From assembly GCF_009914755.1 (NCBI RefSeq), contig NC_060938.1: a stretch of 64,000 bases of DNA; one strand, written 5' to 3'. Under the pieces are notes generated by a model that did no database searches, was not told the DNA's origin, and worked only from the letters and a program-made list of their open reading frames with translations. The number at the start of each line of letters is the position of its first letter. Within the stretch, counting starts at the first letter, position 1. The translations under genes and the position numbers were made by a program. The stretch comes from the human T2T-CHM13v2.0 reference genome, Homo sapiens. Shown one piece after another: positions 45,349 through 58,821 of the stretch.

Positions 45349-47154
45349 GGGGGGGTATTCCTAGCGGGCCGAGGCCCACCCGTGGCTCGAACCAGGGTCT
45401 CCAGGGTCCACAGGGCCCAGAGCAGGAGCTGATGGGAAGGCATTTTCATCGTGGGGGACCCAGGCCCTGCTTCTCCGTGGCGCGGATTGTTTTTTTTTTC
45501 TTTTTCTGTGACAGGTGCCTCATCACTCCTCCCTCAAAACTCACCTTCCCTCATGGGCTTTGTGCTCCCAAAGCTCCCCTTGGGGTGCACTTAGCGGCTG
45601 AGGCTCACACTGAGCTCGAACCAGGGACACCAGGGTCCCCAGGTCCCAGTGCAGGGACTGATGAGAAGACACTTTCGTCCGTGGGGAATCAGGCCGCGCT
45701 TCTCTGCGGCGAAGTTTTTTTTTTTCTCTGCCCCAGGTGCCTCACCTTCCCCTTATGGGCTTTCTGCCCACCTTGGGGTAACACTAGTGGCCCGAGGCGT
45801 ACCCTGGGATCAAACCAGAGACGCCAGGGATGTCAGTGCCCAGCGAACGGGCTGACGAGAAGACAATTTCCTCCGTGAGGGACCCAGGCACTGCTTCTCG
45901 GCAGCGCGTTTCTTTACTTTCTCTGCCTCAGGTGCCCACCTTCCGCTCATGGACCATTTGTTCGCTTTCTGGTATCGCAAGCGGTCCCGAAGCGCACCCT
46001 GGGCTTGAACTAAGGTCGTCACTGTCCACTCTGCCCAGCGTATGGCATAATGGGAAGGCACTTTCATCCATGGGGGACCCAGGCCCCGCTTGTCTGAGGC
46101 GAGGTCTCCTGTTTTTTTTTCTGCCCCTGGTGCCTCACCTCTATTCCCACAAACTTCAAATTCAACTCATGGGCCTTCTGTCCGAGTTGGGGTACCCCTA
46201 GTGGCCCGACGCGAACCCTGGGCGCCAACGACGGATGCCAGGGTCCCTGGGGACCAGCGCAAGGGCTGATGGGAAGACATTTTCGTCCGTGTATGACCCA
46301 GAAACCGCTTGGCGATGCATTTTCTTCTCTGCCCCAGGTGCCTCAACTTCCCCCCATCAGCCTCCTATCTCTCTGAACCTGCGCCGGCGCCGTGCACCTC
46401 TCTGTGCCGCCACCGTTGCTGGGGGATGGGTCCCTGAGACTTGGCGAAGTAGGAGTACTGGACTCGCGCACAGGCCCTGTCTCGCAGGTTTTCAGGTGCG
46501 CTTGGCAGTTTCCTCCGCTTTGAGGGGCAGGTCTCCAGTGGCCCCCGGGCGCAGGCCTGGACATCACTGTCCGTCTCGTCGTCGCCCACTACGGCCTCAG
46601 AGACACGGGCTCACTGCATGTGCTCTTGGGGGACGTCAGGGCCACGTGTGGTCACACTGGCTCTGGCTCGGACTACCCTCTGTCTCTCTTTGCCCGTGTC
46701 GCCGGAAGCCGCGTCGAGATGCCGGAACCCCCGGGCCTTGGAGATGAAGGCAGGCCCCTGCTCCACCCAGGAAGGAGGGAGGCAGTGGGCTCGTGGGTCA
46801 GTGCCTTTGCAGCCGACAGCACGCCTTGCGGCCCTGGGGATCTTTCTGCGCCCTGGCGAGCGCCTTTCCGCCTCACTGCATTGTAACCCCATTCCCGATC
46901 ACCGGGTGGGATCCATCATCGGATCCCAAGAGGAGTCCGCGCAGCCCAGCCGGCACCCCGAAGCTCCTCCTTCACCGGGAACCCAAGCAGAAGACCGATC
47001 AAGGAGGTCCTGACGACAGGACTCCTATGGGTCCGACCCTGGGTCTCCCGCAGGCCCCTCTGGTAGTCCTCTTCCCACCCACCGCCTGGGGCTGCACCGC
47101 AGCCGCCGCCGCAAGCTCCAGCACCGCCACCCCAGTCCCCGCAGCCGCGGCGTC

Positions 47155-47166
47155 GCCGCCATTTTT
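47155..47166 (+). promoter_or_regulatory. YY1-type motif (GCCGCCATTTT) in the CpG island
   Basis: cgccgccatttt matches the YY1 consensus; GC box ggggcggg at ~47205. Confidence 0.45.
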
Positions 47167-47337
47167 TAAAGGGTCCGCAGCCTGACTGCCGAGTAAGGGG
47201 GGGTGGGGCGGGTGAGTCGGCCTCGCCAGCGCTCATGCGCGAGGCCCGAGCCGCCGCTTCGGTCACAGTGACCGCCACCGTTGCCAAGGGATGGGTCCCT
47301 GAGACTTGGCGAAGTGGGAGCCCTGTGTGATCGTGCG

Positions 47338-47893
47338 TCAGAGTCGGGGCTGAGACCAGCCCCGGCCAGGGCAGTTACCGGGACGGTCTCCGGAGGCCGG
47401 GATTCGCGGAGGGTCCACCAGCAGGAAGAAACCCCAGGAGGAAGAAACCTCAGACAGATCGCCGGGGAGGCAGCGCGGGATCCCAGCCTCAGGCGTGCGC
47501 GGACGGTGTGCGGGTGAGTCTCCCCAAAAGTGGCGGCCTTGTGATGTCGAGGACAGGTCTCGCTGTGTGCCCGTGGGCTGCTGTCTCACCGGTGGCTCGT
47601 AGTCGCGGAGAGCAGAACCCGGCAGCTTCAGGGGCTGCCTGGGGGTGGGTGTTACCTGCTGTATATCTGTGTGCGTTATGGGGGTGTGTGTGCGCGTCTG
47701 TGTGTCTGTGTGTGTGCGCGCGCGCGCAAGTGCATGTCTGTGTGCCCACTACTGTCTCTCTCTTAAGTCTCTCTCTCTCTCTCTCTCCCTTCTCGCTCTT
47801 TCCGTCGCCCTCTCTTTCTGTCTCTGTCCGTCTGTGTGTGCGTGCGCCTTGGGACACATGTTCCCTGTGCGCCGGAGGCTGGGTTTCTTGCAC
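47338..47893 (-). pseudogene. FAM27: FAM27-family (FAM27D/E-like) repeat-derived non-coding locus homolog
   Basis: minus-strand ORFs contain QQPTGTQRDLSS, LLGRLT and WGFFLLVDP, resembling recalled FAM27D1/E3 predicted peptides but split over two frames. Confidence 0.6.
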
Positions 47894-48729
47894 GTCGGCC
47901 TTTCTTCTGGTCAGCCTCTCCCCGCGTCCCTGCCTGGGTGTTGTGGCCGGTTGGCAATCGTTTTCCCGGCGGTTCCGGTTTGGGGGTCTGTGAAGGCCTG
48001 GGCAACGTGGGCATCTGCGTGGGAGCCGCAGGGGCTTTCATTCCCTCCCCATCCGGAGCAGCCTCTTTGCTAGGCTAGATCCAGACGACCGCTCCCCAAC
48101 CAAGGACAACGGCCTCCCAGGCGCTTATTGTCCACCCGCAGGAGGGTGCCCGCAGACCTTCCAGAAGATGCTTCTCACGCCTCTCGCCCTCTGCCCTCAT
48201 GGAGAAATCTAGCCATAGCTCGACGCAGGGATGGAGAAGGAAGCTGTCAACGGGATGGGGCAAGCCTCTCTCTCACTCAAAGGCAGTATAGAGGTCCACC
48301 ACAGAGGCATATCTAGTATGGTGCCCACCACCTCATCTTGGGGCTGGGTGAAGGGCAAGTGGCACTGCAGGAAATAGTAGCCTTGTTCTCTGTCCTCAAG
48401 TTGTTCCAAGATTGCAGCCCACACCAGTGCTTGGGCTTGTGAGAATGGAGGGCTCTCCAACGGTTCAGAAACAAGCAGTCTGCCACAGGGGTGAGAGGAG
48501 CAAAAGACACCCCCACCTATGCTTTTCCATGGAACATCAAGTCCCTCAGAGTATAATCTCTGCTGGATTTTTGCTTCCTTATTTTTCTGTGTTCAAGTTT
48601 CTTCTTGTGGTGCTCTAGCACTCCCGTCAATATAGATATTGGAATTAATGATTATTTATCCATAACTTTGCTTTCTCTTTCTGAGAATAACTAGATTCGA
48701 ATATCTATAGTCAGTCATATTGAAGAAAA

Positions 48730-51600
48730 ACCTCAGAAATATACTTCTTAGTAACTCAACACCCAAGAGCAAATCATAATGGAAATTATAAAATATTTTT
48801 AATTAAAAAATGTATACTACATTATAAAATGTGTCATTTTAGAGGAAAATGTAGAACCTTAAATTCTTATTTTATGAGGACAACAAATTAATATTTAAAA
48901 TGTTCTGAATTTATTGGAAGAAGTTAGAAATATCAACAGAAATAAAAGGAAATAAAAAATACATGCATAGTGATTAAGAATACAGGGAAAGAAAAGTCAA
49001 GAAATATGGCCAAAAGTTTGTTAGTTGTTGTAGGAGCCATACAATAACAAAACTCTGGAGAAATGGCTTGATAAAATTAAGAGAAGAAACAAGTATGCAA
49101 TCTCAGGAATCAAAATAGGAAATAATTATACATCAGATGTCAAGAATTTTTTTTGTTTTTTGGAAAGGATCAGGTGGTAAATATTTTAGGTTTTTGGGCT
49201 ATATGGTTTGTTGCAACTAATCAATTCTATTGTTGTGGCATAAATTGACAGTATGTCAATGAATGAGCATGACAGTGTTCCAGTAATACTTTATTTATAA
49301 ATACTGTCTGGCTTATTTGCCACAGTTTATTGAGTTTTGTTATAAATAATACAAATATCAAGAAGGTAAATTAGTGTAGTATGAAAACCTTCAATAAATT
49401 TGGAAATATATGTAAAATGTGTGCAATTACTTGAAACAAGCATTTTTCCAAAAGTAACCTAAAGTGAAAAGAAAAATCTGAATTGTGCTACAACAAATGC
49501 ATGTAATCAGTAGTCAGAAATCATATCATAAAGATAATTTCAAGCCATGATGACTTTACTGGCAAGTTGTTTCAAAGATGAAACAAAACAATAATTCCAG
49601 TCTTACATACAATTCTTTCTGAGCATGAAACAGGAAAGAACATACTCTATTTCATTTTATTATGCTATTATGACTCTGATATTATAACCTGACAAGGATA
49701 GTAAAGGGAAAGTAAATTAAACACCAATGTAATTTATGAAAATAATGAAGGAAAACTTAAAAAAGTTCCACGCAGAAATAAGCAATGCATTAAAATGTAA
49801 GACATCACAGCCAATGTTTATTCTAAGAAACCCTGGGAAGCAATAATGGCCTCATGTAAAGGTATCAATTAATATGATACACCACAACAAATAACTTAAC
49901 AATATTATAAGCATATTTAATTTTATTTTCTTAAAAAGTCATACATTTTAACAACCCAAAATTAAAAGAGAATCTAGTTTAACTAATAACATTTGTTTTC
50001 AAAAGTTCTATTGAAATTATAACACTTAACAATGGAATGTTAAAATATTTCCTTTGTGATTGGGAACAAAATAAACATAGATGGTACAAGCAATTTTATT
50101 TATCCTTTTGCAGGTCTTAGACACTGGGATAGGATTGTAAATATTAAAAAAATAAGAATTATGAAAGAGAAAACAGATTACTATGTTACCGATGACACTA
50201 AGTACACAGACAATTCAAAATGATTGTAAGATACATTATACTAATGAATATGAGCTTTTAGCAAGATGCTTTGACACAAACGTATTATGCAATATTGAAA
50301 TGCATTTCATATAAGTAGAGAACTTTATTTAGATGTGTCAATGTGGCTTACTCTCACAAACATAATATTTAGTGGTATGATTAAGTCACAAAAGAATATG
50401 TACAGTATAACTCAGTTTAAATAAAGTTCAAATAAACATAGACATAACATTGACATAAATATATTCTTGAATTGAAAGACTTTAATGAAATCACTTCTCC
50501 CCAAAATTAATCTTTGTAACTAGTGCATCCAAAGTAAAACCCAGTAAGGTTTGATTTAGATATTGACAAGCTAATTCTAGAATTTATGTAAACTCTAAAA
50601 ATATTAAAATTCAGTTAATAATTTATTGAGGAAGGAAGAATATATTACAGGAAATATTATAAGACTTAATTAATGCAATGTGGTATTAACAAAGTAATAA
50701 ATAATCAATGAAATGGAATAGGTAGACTACAGTAAGGAAAATATAAGAACCCATGATATGTAAGAAAGCTAGTATTATAGATCAGTGGTGAAAAATAAAT
50801 TTGCCAATAAATGAGAGTGAGAAAACTGGCTATACATATGGAAAATAATTAAAGAGATTCTTTACCTTATATAATATGTAACAATCAATTCCTTGGTGAT
50901 CAATATTTAAATGTAAACCCAGGTAAAAATTACAGAAAACCCGACAGTAAAACAAAGAAAATGGCTTGCACATGTGCTTTATAAAATGTAAAATATAAGT
51001 GTCCACCATACATATTTAGAATCACTTTAACTTATTTTTAACACAAAAATGCAAATGAAAATGTTTTATATGTACATTATTACTTATACAACAGATTGAC
51101 CAAAAACAGTCTGACAAGAAAGACTTCTGGCAAACATATAGAGCAATAATAATTTCATATGCTTTCCTGGAAATGGAAATTATATCCGTTTTAAAAAGAG
51201 GCTTGTATTACCCAGTAATATTGAAGATGACCATATATTCTAATCAGCAATTGGCTTTCACTCCTTATTTTGTATGTACGTGGTTGGCCATTAAGAAATG
51301 TGATCCAAAATATTTACAGGCTCAGTTAAGTACTATAAGCAATGCAAAAGTTAAACAACAGTAGAATGTGGTAGATTCATACAGTGGAATACTACACTTT
51401 AGAAAAACATAGATAACTTTATTTAGATATGTTAATGTGGCTTACTCTCACAAACGTAATATGCAGTGGTATGATTAAGTCACAAAAGGATATGTACAAT
51501 ATAATTCAGTTTAAATAAAGTTCAAGAACACAAAACAGCAAGTTGGATTGTTTATAAAATGTTTACTGGACACTAAATCTATAAAGATAATAATAGAAAT
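48730..51600 (+). mobile_element. highly degenerate L1M (ORF2 to 3' end) containing a MER58-like insert (~49160-49330)
   Basis: ORF2-like motifs (gactttactggcaag, ttgacaagctaattctag, gaaaactggctatacatatgg); MER58-like core ggtaaatattttagg. Confidence 0.65.
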
Positions 51601-54600
51601 TATTTTAACACATCCTTCAATTACCTTTCATTCCTCCAGAAATTTGTTGAAACCTCTTGAATGCCTATGACCTTTCTCATTTCCTCCACTGTTTAATTTC
51701 CTTTTATACTTTGTTTAAAACTTTGAATGGACATATGAGAGATGAAGTCATATTTTTCTAAATAAGTTCAAAAATATTTTGCTTTAAAATATAAGTAGTG
51801 ATTAAATTTCTAAGAATTGAGCAATAGTTTAATGTTATAAATTTAGTTTTCATGAATATTTCTCTCTCCACATTTCTTCTTCTCAACTTGCTCATATCCC
51901 TTCAAATGACAAAATACTTAGAAGTATTTGAGTCAAGTTAGATATATTTTTGAAGATATTATTTGCTTATTTATCTATGAGAGGTCAACAACAACTTCCA
52001 TGAATATTAGGAAAGCAAATATCGGTAGCTCTATTCACTTCAATATTGAATTCACCTATATCTGAAATTTAAATGTCAGTGATAAGACTGACAGAAAGTG
52101 ACAATTTCTTTAGGTAACACAGCACTAAGTGGCAATACTTTAATATTGTCACTGTTACATTTTTCAGATATACAATATATACTTTACCAAGAATCCTAGT
52201 CTATTAAATTCTAAGGATGAGCTGTCTTTATACAAATTCACAATAAATAGCTGTGTAAATAAGAGTTACCATTTTTATTTTATAGCATAAAATGTATTTC
52301 AAATAGTTGTACAAATCAGATATGTTATAAAAGAAACATCTTTCCTATTATTGAATTACCCAAAGTTGCTTACCTAACATAGAATCTTGTGGAGGAAAAT
52401 AGGCCAGTGAAATTCAGTGATTATTCATTATGATCAAGGTGATTAGTACAGAAATCTCCATGACTATTCTGTGCAGTGTCTTTTCTTTAACAATATTTTA
52501 TAATCATTCTTATTTTTACTTTCTGTAGACAAATCCTTTCTTGTTTTGCCTCCTTTTAGGTACTTTTGAGATTATAAAAGTATATAGTAAAAACAAATGC
52601 ACACACAAAACTATTCGGTTGGTATACTTAATTTTGTCAGAATAGATTTAGTCCAGGTATATTCCAGTGGTATCTTACTGAAAGTCCATCCTAGTCCCCT
52701 GATTATTACTTGAGTGTTCAATGATGGTTTTTCCTTCATGTTAACAGCAAATAGTTTTGGTTTCTGCTAAAAATGGCAGTTGCCACCAGAATGTGTGAGT
52801 TTTATTTCTTAGAAAATAACTATATTTTATATTTGGTGAATATCTTAGTTTTGCATTTAATTTGCTAAGTAGAATCAATGCAATCACTATCATATTCTAT
52901 AGTTTTTCCTAACAGATCGATAGAGTAAAATGTATGGTTTTTCTAATTTTTAGCATGTGTGTCCAATAAAATGACTTTATATAATTTTTTTCTTTTTGGT
53001 TCATTTTTTTTCCAGTCAAAGCTTCTTCTTTAGTTTCTCATATAATTGATTCAAAACTCCTAAGTGATGATCACAGTAACCTTAGGTATTTCTTAATTCT
53101 CCATAATAAATATAGCATCTGAGTCTAATTTCTTCTGGGAGATTTATTAACTTTTAAGATAGTATGTGTCACTTACATAATCTAACAATGCATTTTGCAT
53201 ACTAAAATGATGAAACATTCTTAATGAATTTAAATAGCTACTTTATCAGAAACAGGAGTCATAGGTTGAATTTTTATGTGAGTAGTAGAGCTAAGAATAT
53301 TTGTAAAACAGCTCTCCATGATGGGCTCCAACAGGATGAAGTAAGACCACCTATCAAGGAAGTAAGATCAATCCCAAAATGAACTGTACATGAAATTCTG
53401 CTCTAAGATCTTTTTGCTTTTTAACATGATTTCAGAAAAGGCTAATTTTTGTAATGGACTACAATACTTGTTTTGCTACATAAGCTTTCAGGATTTTTTT
53501 TCTTTTATTTTTATTTTAAAATTAATTTTTGAGCAGCATTCTTGACTGCAAGAAAGCTTCTGTCAGTTTCCCAAATTACTCAAATAACATGTATTTTACA
53601 CTGAAAATCATGAGCTCCTTAACTCAAAGCTTTTCCTTGTTGTTTTTGTAACTATTTACCATACAATTACTTGTAAATGAAATGTATAACATAAATATGC
53701 GCTAACATAAAGGGAAATGTTTAAATATTTTTTAAACTTCTGAAAAAAGATAAAACTCTCCGTTTTTAAGAACATTGTATCTTTCATTTTATCCTTCTTT
53801 CTCCTCCAAATATATTAATAACTATCCTTCTATTTGTTACATTCTTTTACTTAAAGGGACTAAAGTATAAATCAGGTAATTAATACACAAAACTTTATTC
53901 TGTCCCTTGCTTGTAGCACTACTTCATTCCAGTTTCCTCAGAGTTTATTATATAAATCAGACAGATTTGTAAATAAGTATTTTACAGTCTACATTTATTT
54001 GATTATGAAAATGGAAACATAGAATAAAATGTGAACAGATAATAAGCTTTACTTGTGTGTTTCTCCATCTTTTCAAGTTGATCAGGTATATGGATGGCAT
54101 TTTAAATAATGTGTTAAATTTAGAGAATACATTAAATAGAAAAGAAAATTGTGGGAAATAGGAAAGCCTTTCCATTAAGGGTTTAGATATAAAATGTTCT
54201 ATTCAGTTACAAACTGAACCTAAAATGAGAGGTTTTTTTTTGTTTAACTGAAAGAGCTAGAGAGTAATTAAAGGTAATTTGCATGTTATTATTCTTAAAA
54301 GGTTCGCTTTTCTGTTCTAAGAATACCAGGGAACAATTGAATAGATAAAAAGCAAACTATAAATTGCCAAATAGATCTTTTGTATAATAATACATCTCCC
54401 AAGACAAAAGATATTTCAGACCCATAAAAAATAAGGGAAGTGTATTTGCCCGACTGGTCTTGCATCTTGCCTGACCACAATGAATTTGCATCAGATTTTA
54501 AACTCACAGAGTTATAAAATATCTTAATGTGTTAAGAGGGAACCAAAAGTGAATGTGATTAACTTGAAGGAACTAGTTGGCAGACTTTAACATTAGGCTA

Positions 54601-54662
54601 GCAGAAACTATTTAATAAATAAAACTGAAAGCAGAAAAATACTTTTCTTAAATAATTATTAG

Positions 54663-55104
<442 letters not shown>

Positions 55105-55312
55105 ACAAACTCATTAAGTCACTTATTTACTACTCTATTCCTCAATGAACTCTTTTGTAGACTTCTACCCCATCTATAACCAATGCAGTGGTACTCCTCC
55201 CTCTCATATTTAGTTTCTCAGCTCAAGTAAGACTTCCTCAGAGGTTTAATCTAATTAATCTTAATCTAATTAAAATAGAAACCCTTACCCATTTATTCTG
55301 TCCAAAGCAACG

Positions 55313-55432
55313 TTTCCCCTCCCCTCCCCTTCCCCTCCCCTTCTCTTCCCCTTCTCTTCCCCTTCCCTTCCACTTCCTTTCCTTCCCCTTGCCTTCCTTC
55401 CTGCCTTCTTTCTTTTCCTTCTTTCTGTCTTT
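55313..55432. repeat. polypyrimidine (CCCTT/CTTT) low-complexity tract
   Basis: direct inspection. Confidence 0.85.
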
Positions 55433-55584
55433 TCTAATACAAGGCTTGACCACTGGGATAAAATTGTCAAAATGTAAAAAGGAGATAATTAAAAAATAAA
55501 TAGTACCTAAGTAGTATGCTAAAACATACATGGGGCAAGATCATCTTTGCATTTTATCCTTGGGTGCATTCTGGACCACCTTAA

Positions 55585-55688
55585 TTTTTTTTTTTTCCTA
55601 AGACAGAGTCTCTCTCTGTCATGCAGGCTGGAATGCAGTGGCACCATGATGACTCACTACAGCCTCCACCTCCCAGGCTCAAGTGATT
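55585..55688 (-). mobile_element. Alu monomer fragment (FRAM/AluJ right arm)
   Basis: agacagagtctc...cccaggctcaagtgat. Confidence 0.8.
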
Positions 55689-55809
55689 AATCTTAAATAG
55701 TGCAATTATTCTATTTAATCACAAATGTCAGCATCTCTTTTCTTTAGTTTTGGCACATGATTTTCACCTTTTATCCTCTCTCTCTCTCTCTCTCTCTCTC
55801 CATGCTTCA

Positions 55810-56600
<791 letters not shown>

Positions 56601-58177
56601 CGGCCTACTAAACTCGATGAATCTTCATCTATTGAGACTCAGGCCGAATCAGATAAAAAGCTTTACAATATTCCACACCTCTCTCTACACGTGTTAAAAA
56701 CAAGGAGAAAGAGTTTCTCTTAAAATTTTAAGTTCACTAAAAATAGAACAAAAGCAGAAACAATTGAGGTTTTTGTGGTTGTTGCTGTTTGTGTCTTTAT
56801 TTTTAAAGATTCTACTTTGTACCATATACGCATGGTAAATTATTCATTATCATATCTGCTCCTTTTTTTTCATTTGAAGTAAACAGATTCCATGGAAAAT
56901 ATTTAAATTCCCAGGCATTGTTAGTTGTAGAGCTCATAAAATGTTCAATGCTTCAGTGAGTTGCAAATTGAAAACAGAAATAAATTCTTGGAGAAAAACT
57001 TGACAGTATTCTACACACTTTGCTCTTGATTGATGTCATGTGGTGATTCCAATAAATGACTTTTTTCAAACAACTTAAACTATAACTGATTTAAGTAAAT
57101 GGGGGTGCAATGGTTCTTTCTTATATATCTCATCTGCTGAGATGCTATACACAGAATTTCAATCATCTTACCCTATGATTTTTCAAAGGTATATAAGAAT
57201 GAATAATAATATTATTATAATAATATTATTCATTATTATTTATTCTAAAAATAAAAATAATTATAATATTCATTATTCTAAAAATAAATTTTTGTTTATT
57301 ATTAATAAAATAACATTATAAGGATACATTTATTTATTACAATCATGAAAATATTTAAAATGTACCATTTTCTAGGTAGTAAACTAGTGCTTCACATATT
57401 TTTGTTTATTTAATCTATTTTTATAAGTCAACAACTATAGACATTATTTTATATTATTTATACTTTATAAAATATAATAAAGACATTTTAAAATATATAT
57501 CAAATATATATTATAAAGTATTACATTATAAAATACTATATTTTATAAAGTAGATGACTATCGATATAGTCATTATATAGATGAGTAAACTGAGGCATAT
57601 TGTTTCTGTAAAAACCTCAAGAGCGCACATAAAATAAATGCTGCAGACAATGAGCCAAAATCATACTAAGGATTTTGCTTCCAGAAGCTGCACTCTTAAC
57701 TACTAGGCTCTAATGCCTCTTTTTATATAAATGATATCATACTGTTCTCTTTTGATCTGGCTTCTATTAATTAGCATATTTATTGAGATTAATCTATTTT
57801 ATAGTATGGATGAAAGTTTCATTTCTTTTATTGCTTGTAGTATTTCAAAATATGGATATATCAAAGCTTGCTTATTCATTTATCTGTTAATGAATATTTG
57901 ATTGTTACATGCTCTTCACTATTAGCCCCTCTCTCCCATAAAAAAGTGCTGTGAATGTTTTGGTACAAGTTTTTTATGTACATATACTTTCATTTCCCTA
58001 CAAATTGATTGGCAGTCATATGATAGGTGCATACGTCAAAATATTTTAAAAACTGACAAGGCTTTTTCCAGAGTCATTGTACTAATTTCCTTTACCATTA
58101 GCAGTGCATGTATGTTGGTTGTCCTCTATAGTTTTGCCAACACTTGGCATGGCCAGCCTTTTTTACTTTAGCCATTC

Positions 58178-58821
58178 TTTTTTCTTTCTTTCTTTCTTTT
58201 TTTTTTTTTTTTTTTGAGATGAAGTTTCACTCTTGTTGCCCAGGCTGGAGTGCAATGTGCAATGGCACAATCTCGGCTCACTGCAATCTACACCTCCTGG
58301 GTTCAAACAGTTCTCCTGCCTCAGCCTCCCAAGTAGCTGGGATATAGGCGCACATCACCATGCCCAGCTAATTTTTGTATTTTTAGTAGAGATGGGGTTT
58401 CCCCATGTTGGTCAGGCTGGTCTCGATCTCTTGACCTCAGGTGATCCACCCACCTTGACCTCCCAGAGTGCTGTGATTACAGGTGTGAGCCACTGTGCCT
58501 GGCCTCTTTTTTTCTTTTTTGAGATGGGTTCTTGCTCTGTCACGCAGGCTGGAGTGCATTGGCACAACCATAGTTCACTGCAGGCTCCACCTCCTGGGCT
58601 CAAGTGATTCTCCCACCTCAGCTTCCGAGTAGCCGGTACTACAGGCATGTGTCACCATGCCTAGCTAAATAGAGACACCATGCCATGTCTTTTTCTTTTT
58701 TGTAGAGACAGGATCTCACTACGTTGCCCAGGCTGCTCTCTAACTCCTGGGGTCAAGAAACCCTGCTGCCTTGACCTTCCAAAGTGCTGGGATTACAGGC
58801 TTGAGCAACTGTACCCAACCC
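58178..58821 (-). mobile_element. two tandem Alus: AluSq/Sp-like (58178-58504) and AluJ (58506-58821)
   Basis: two complete Alu bodies head to tail. Confidence 0.9.

Larger units (their letters stand above)
41928..46345. repeat. gamma-satellite-like (GSATII-type) GC-rich array, about 19-20 monomers of ~195-220 bp
   Basis: monomers start ctgcc(c/a)caggtgcctcacc and end in a T-run (starts near 41928, 42140, 42340, 42540, 42753, 42951 ... 46121); family name from recall. Confidence 0.8.
46365..48210. repeat. REP522-like GC/CpG-rich pericentromeric repeat (CpG island)
   Basis: ~1.8 kb CpG-dense block with internal TG/TC microsatellites, in the GSATII/TAR1 context I associate with REP522; SST1/MER22 not excluded. 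Confidence 0.6.

Noticed and set aside
32690-46345. CRISPR-like array
   Set aside because: Primate DNA; tandem degenerate units with no unique spacers and no cas genes
41928-46345. True tRNA genes in the monomers
   Set aside because: Only a T-arm-like hairpin is present; I could not build D-arm, anticodon arm, A-box or a proper acceptor stem
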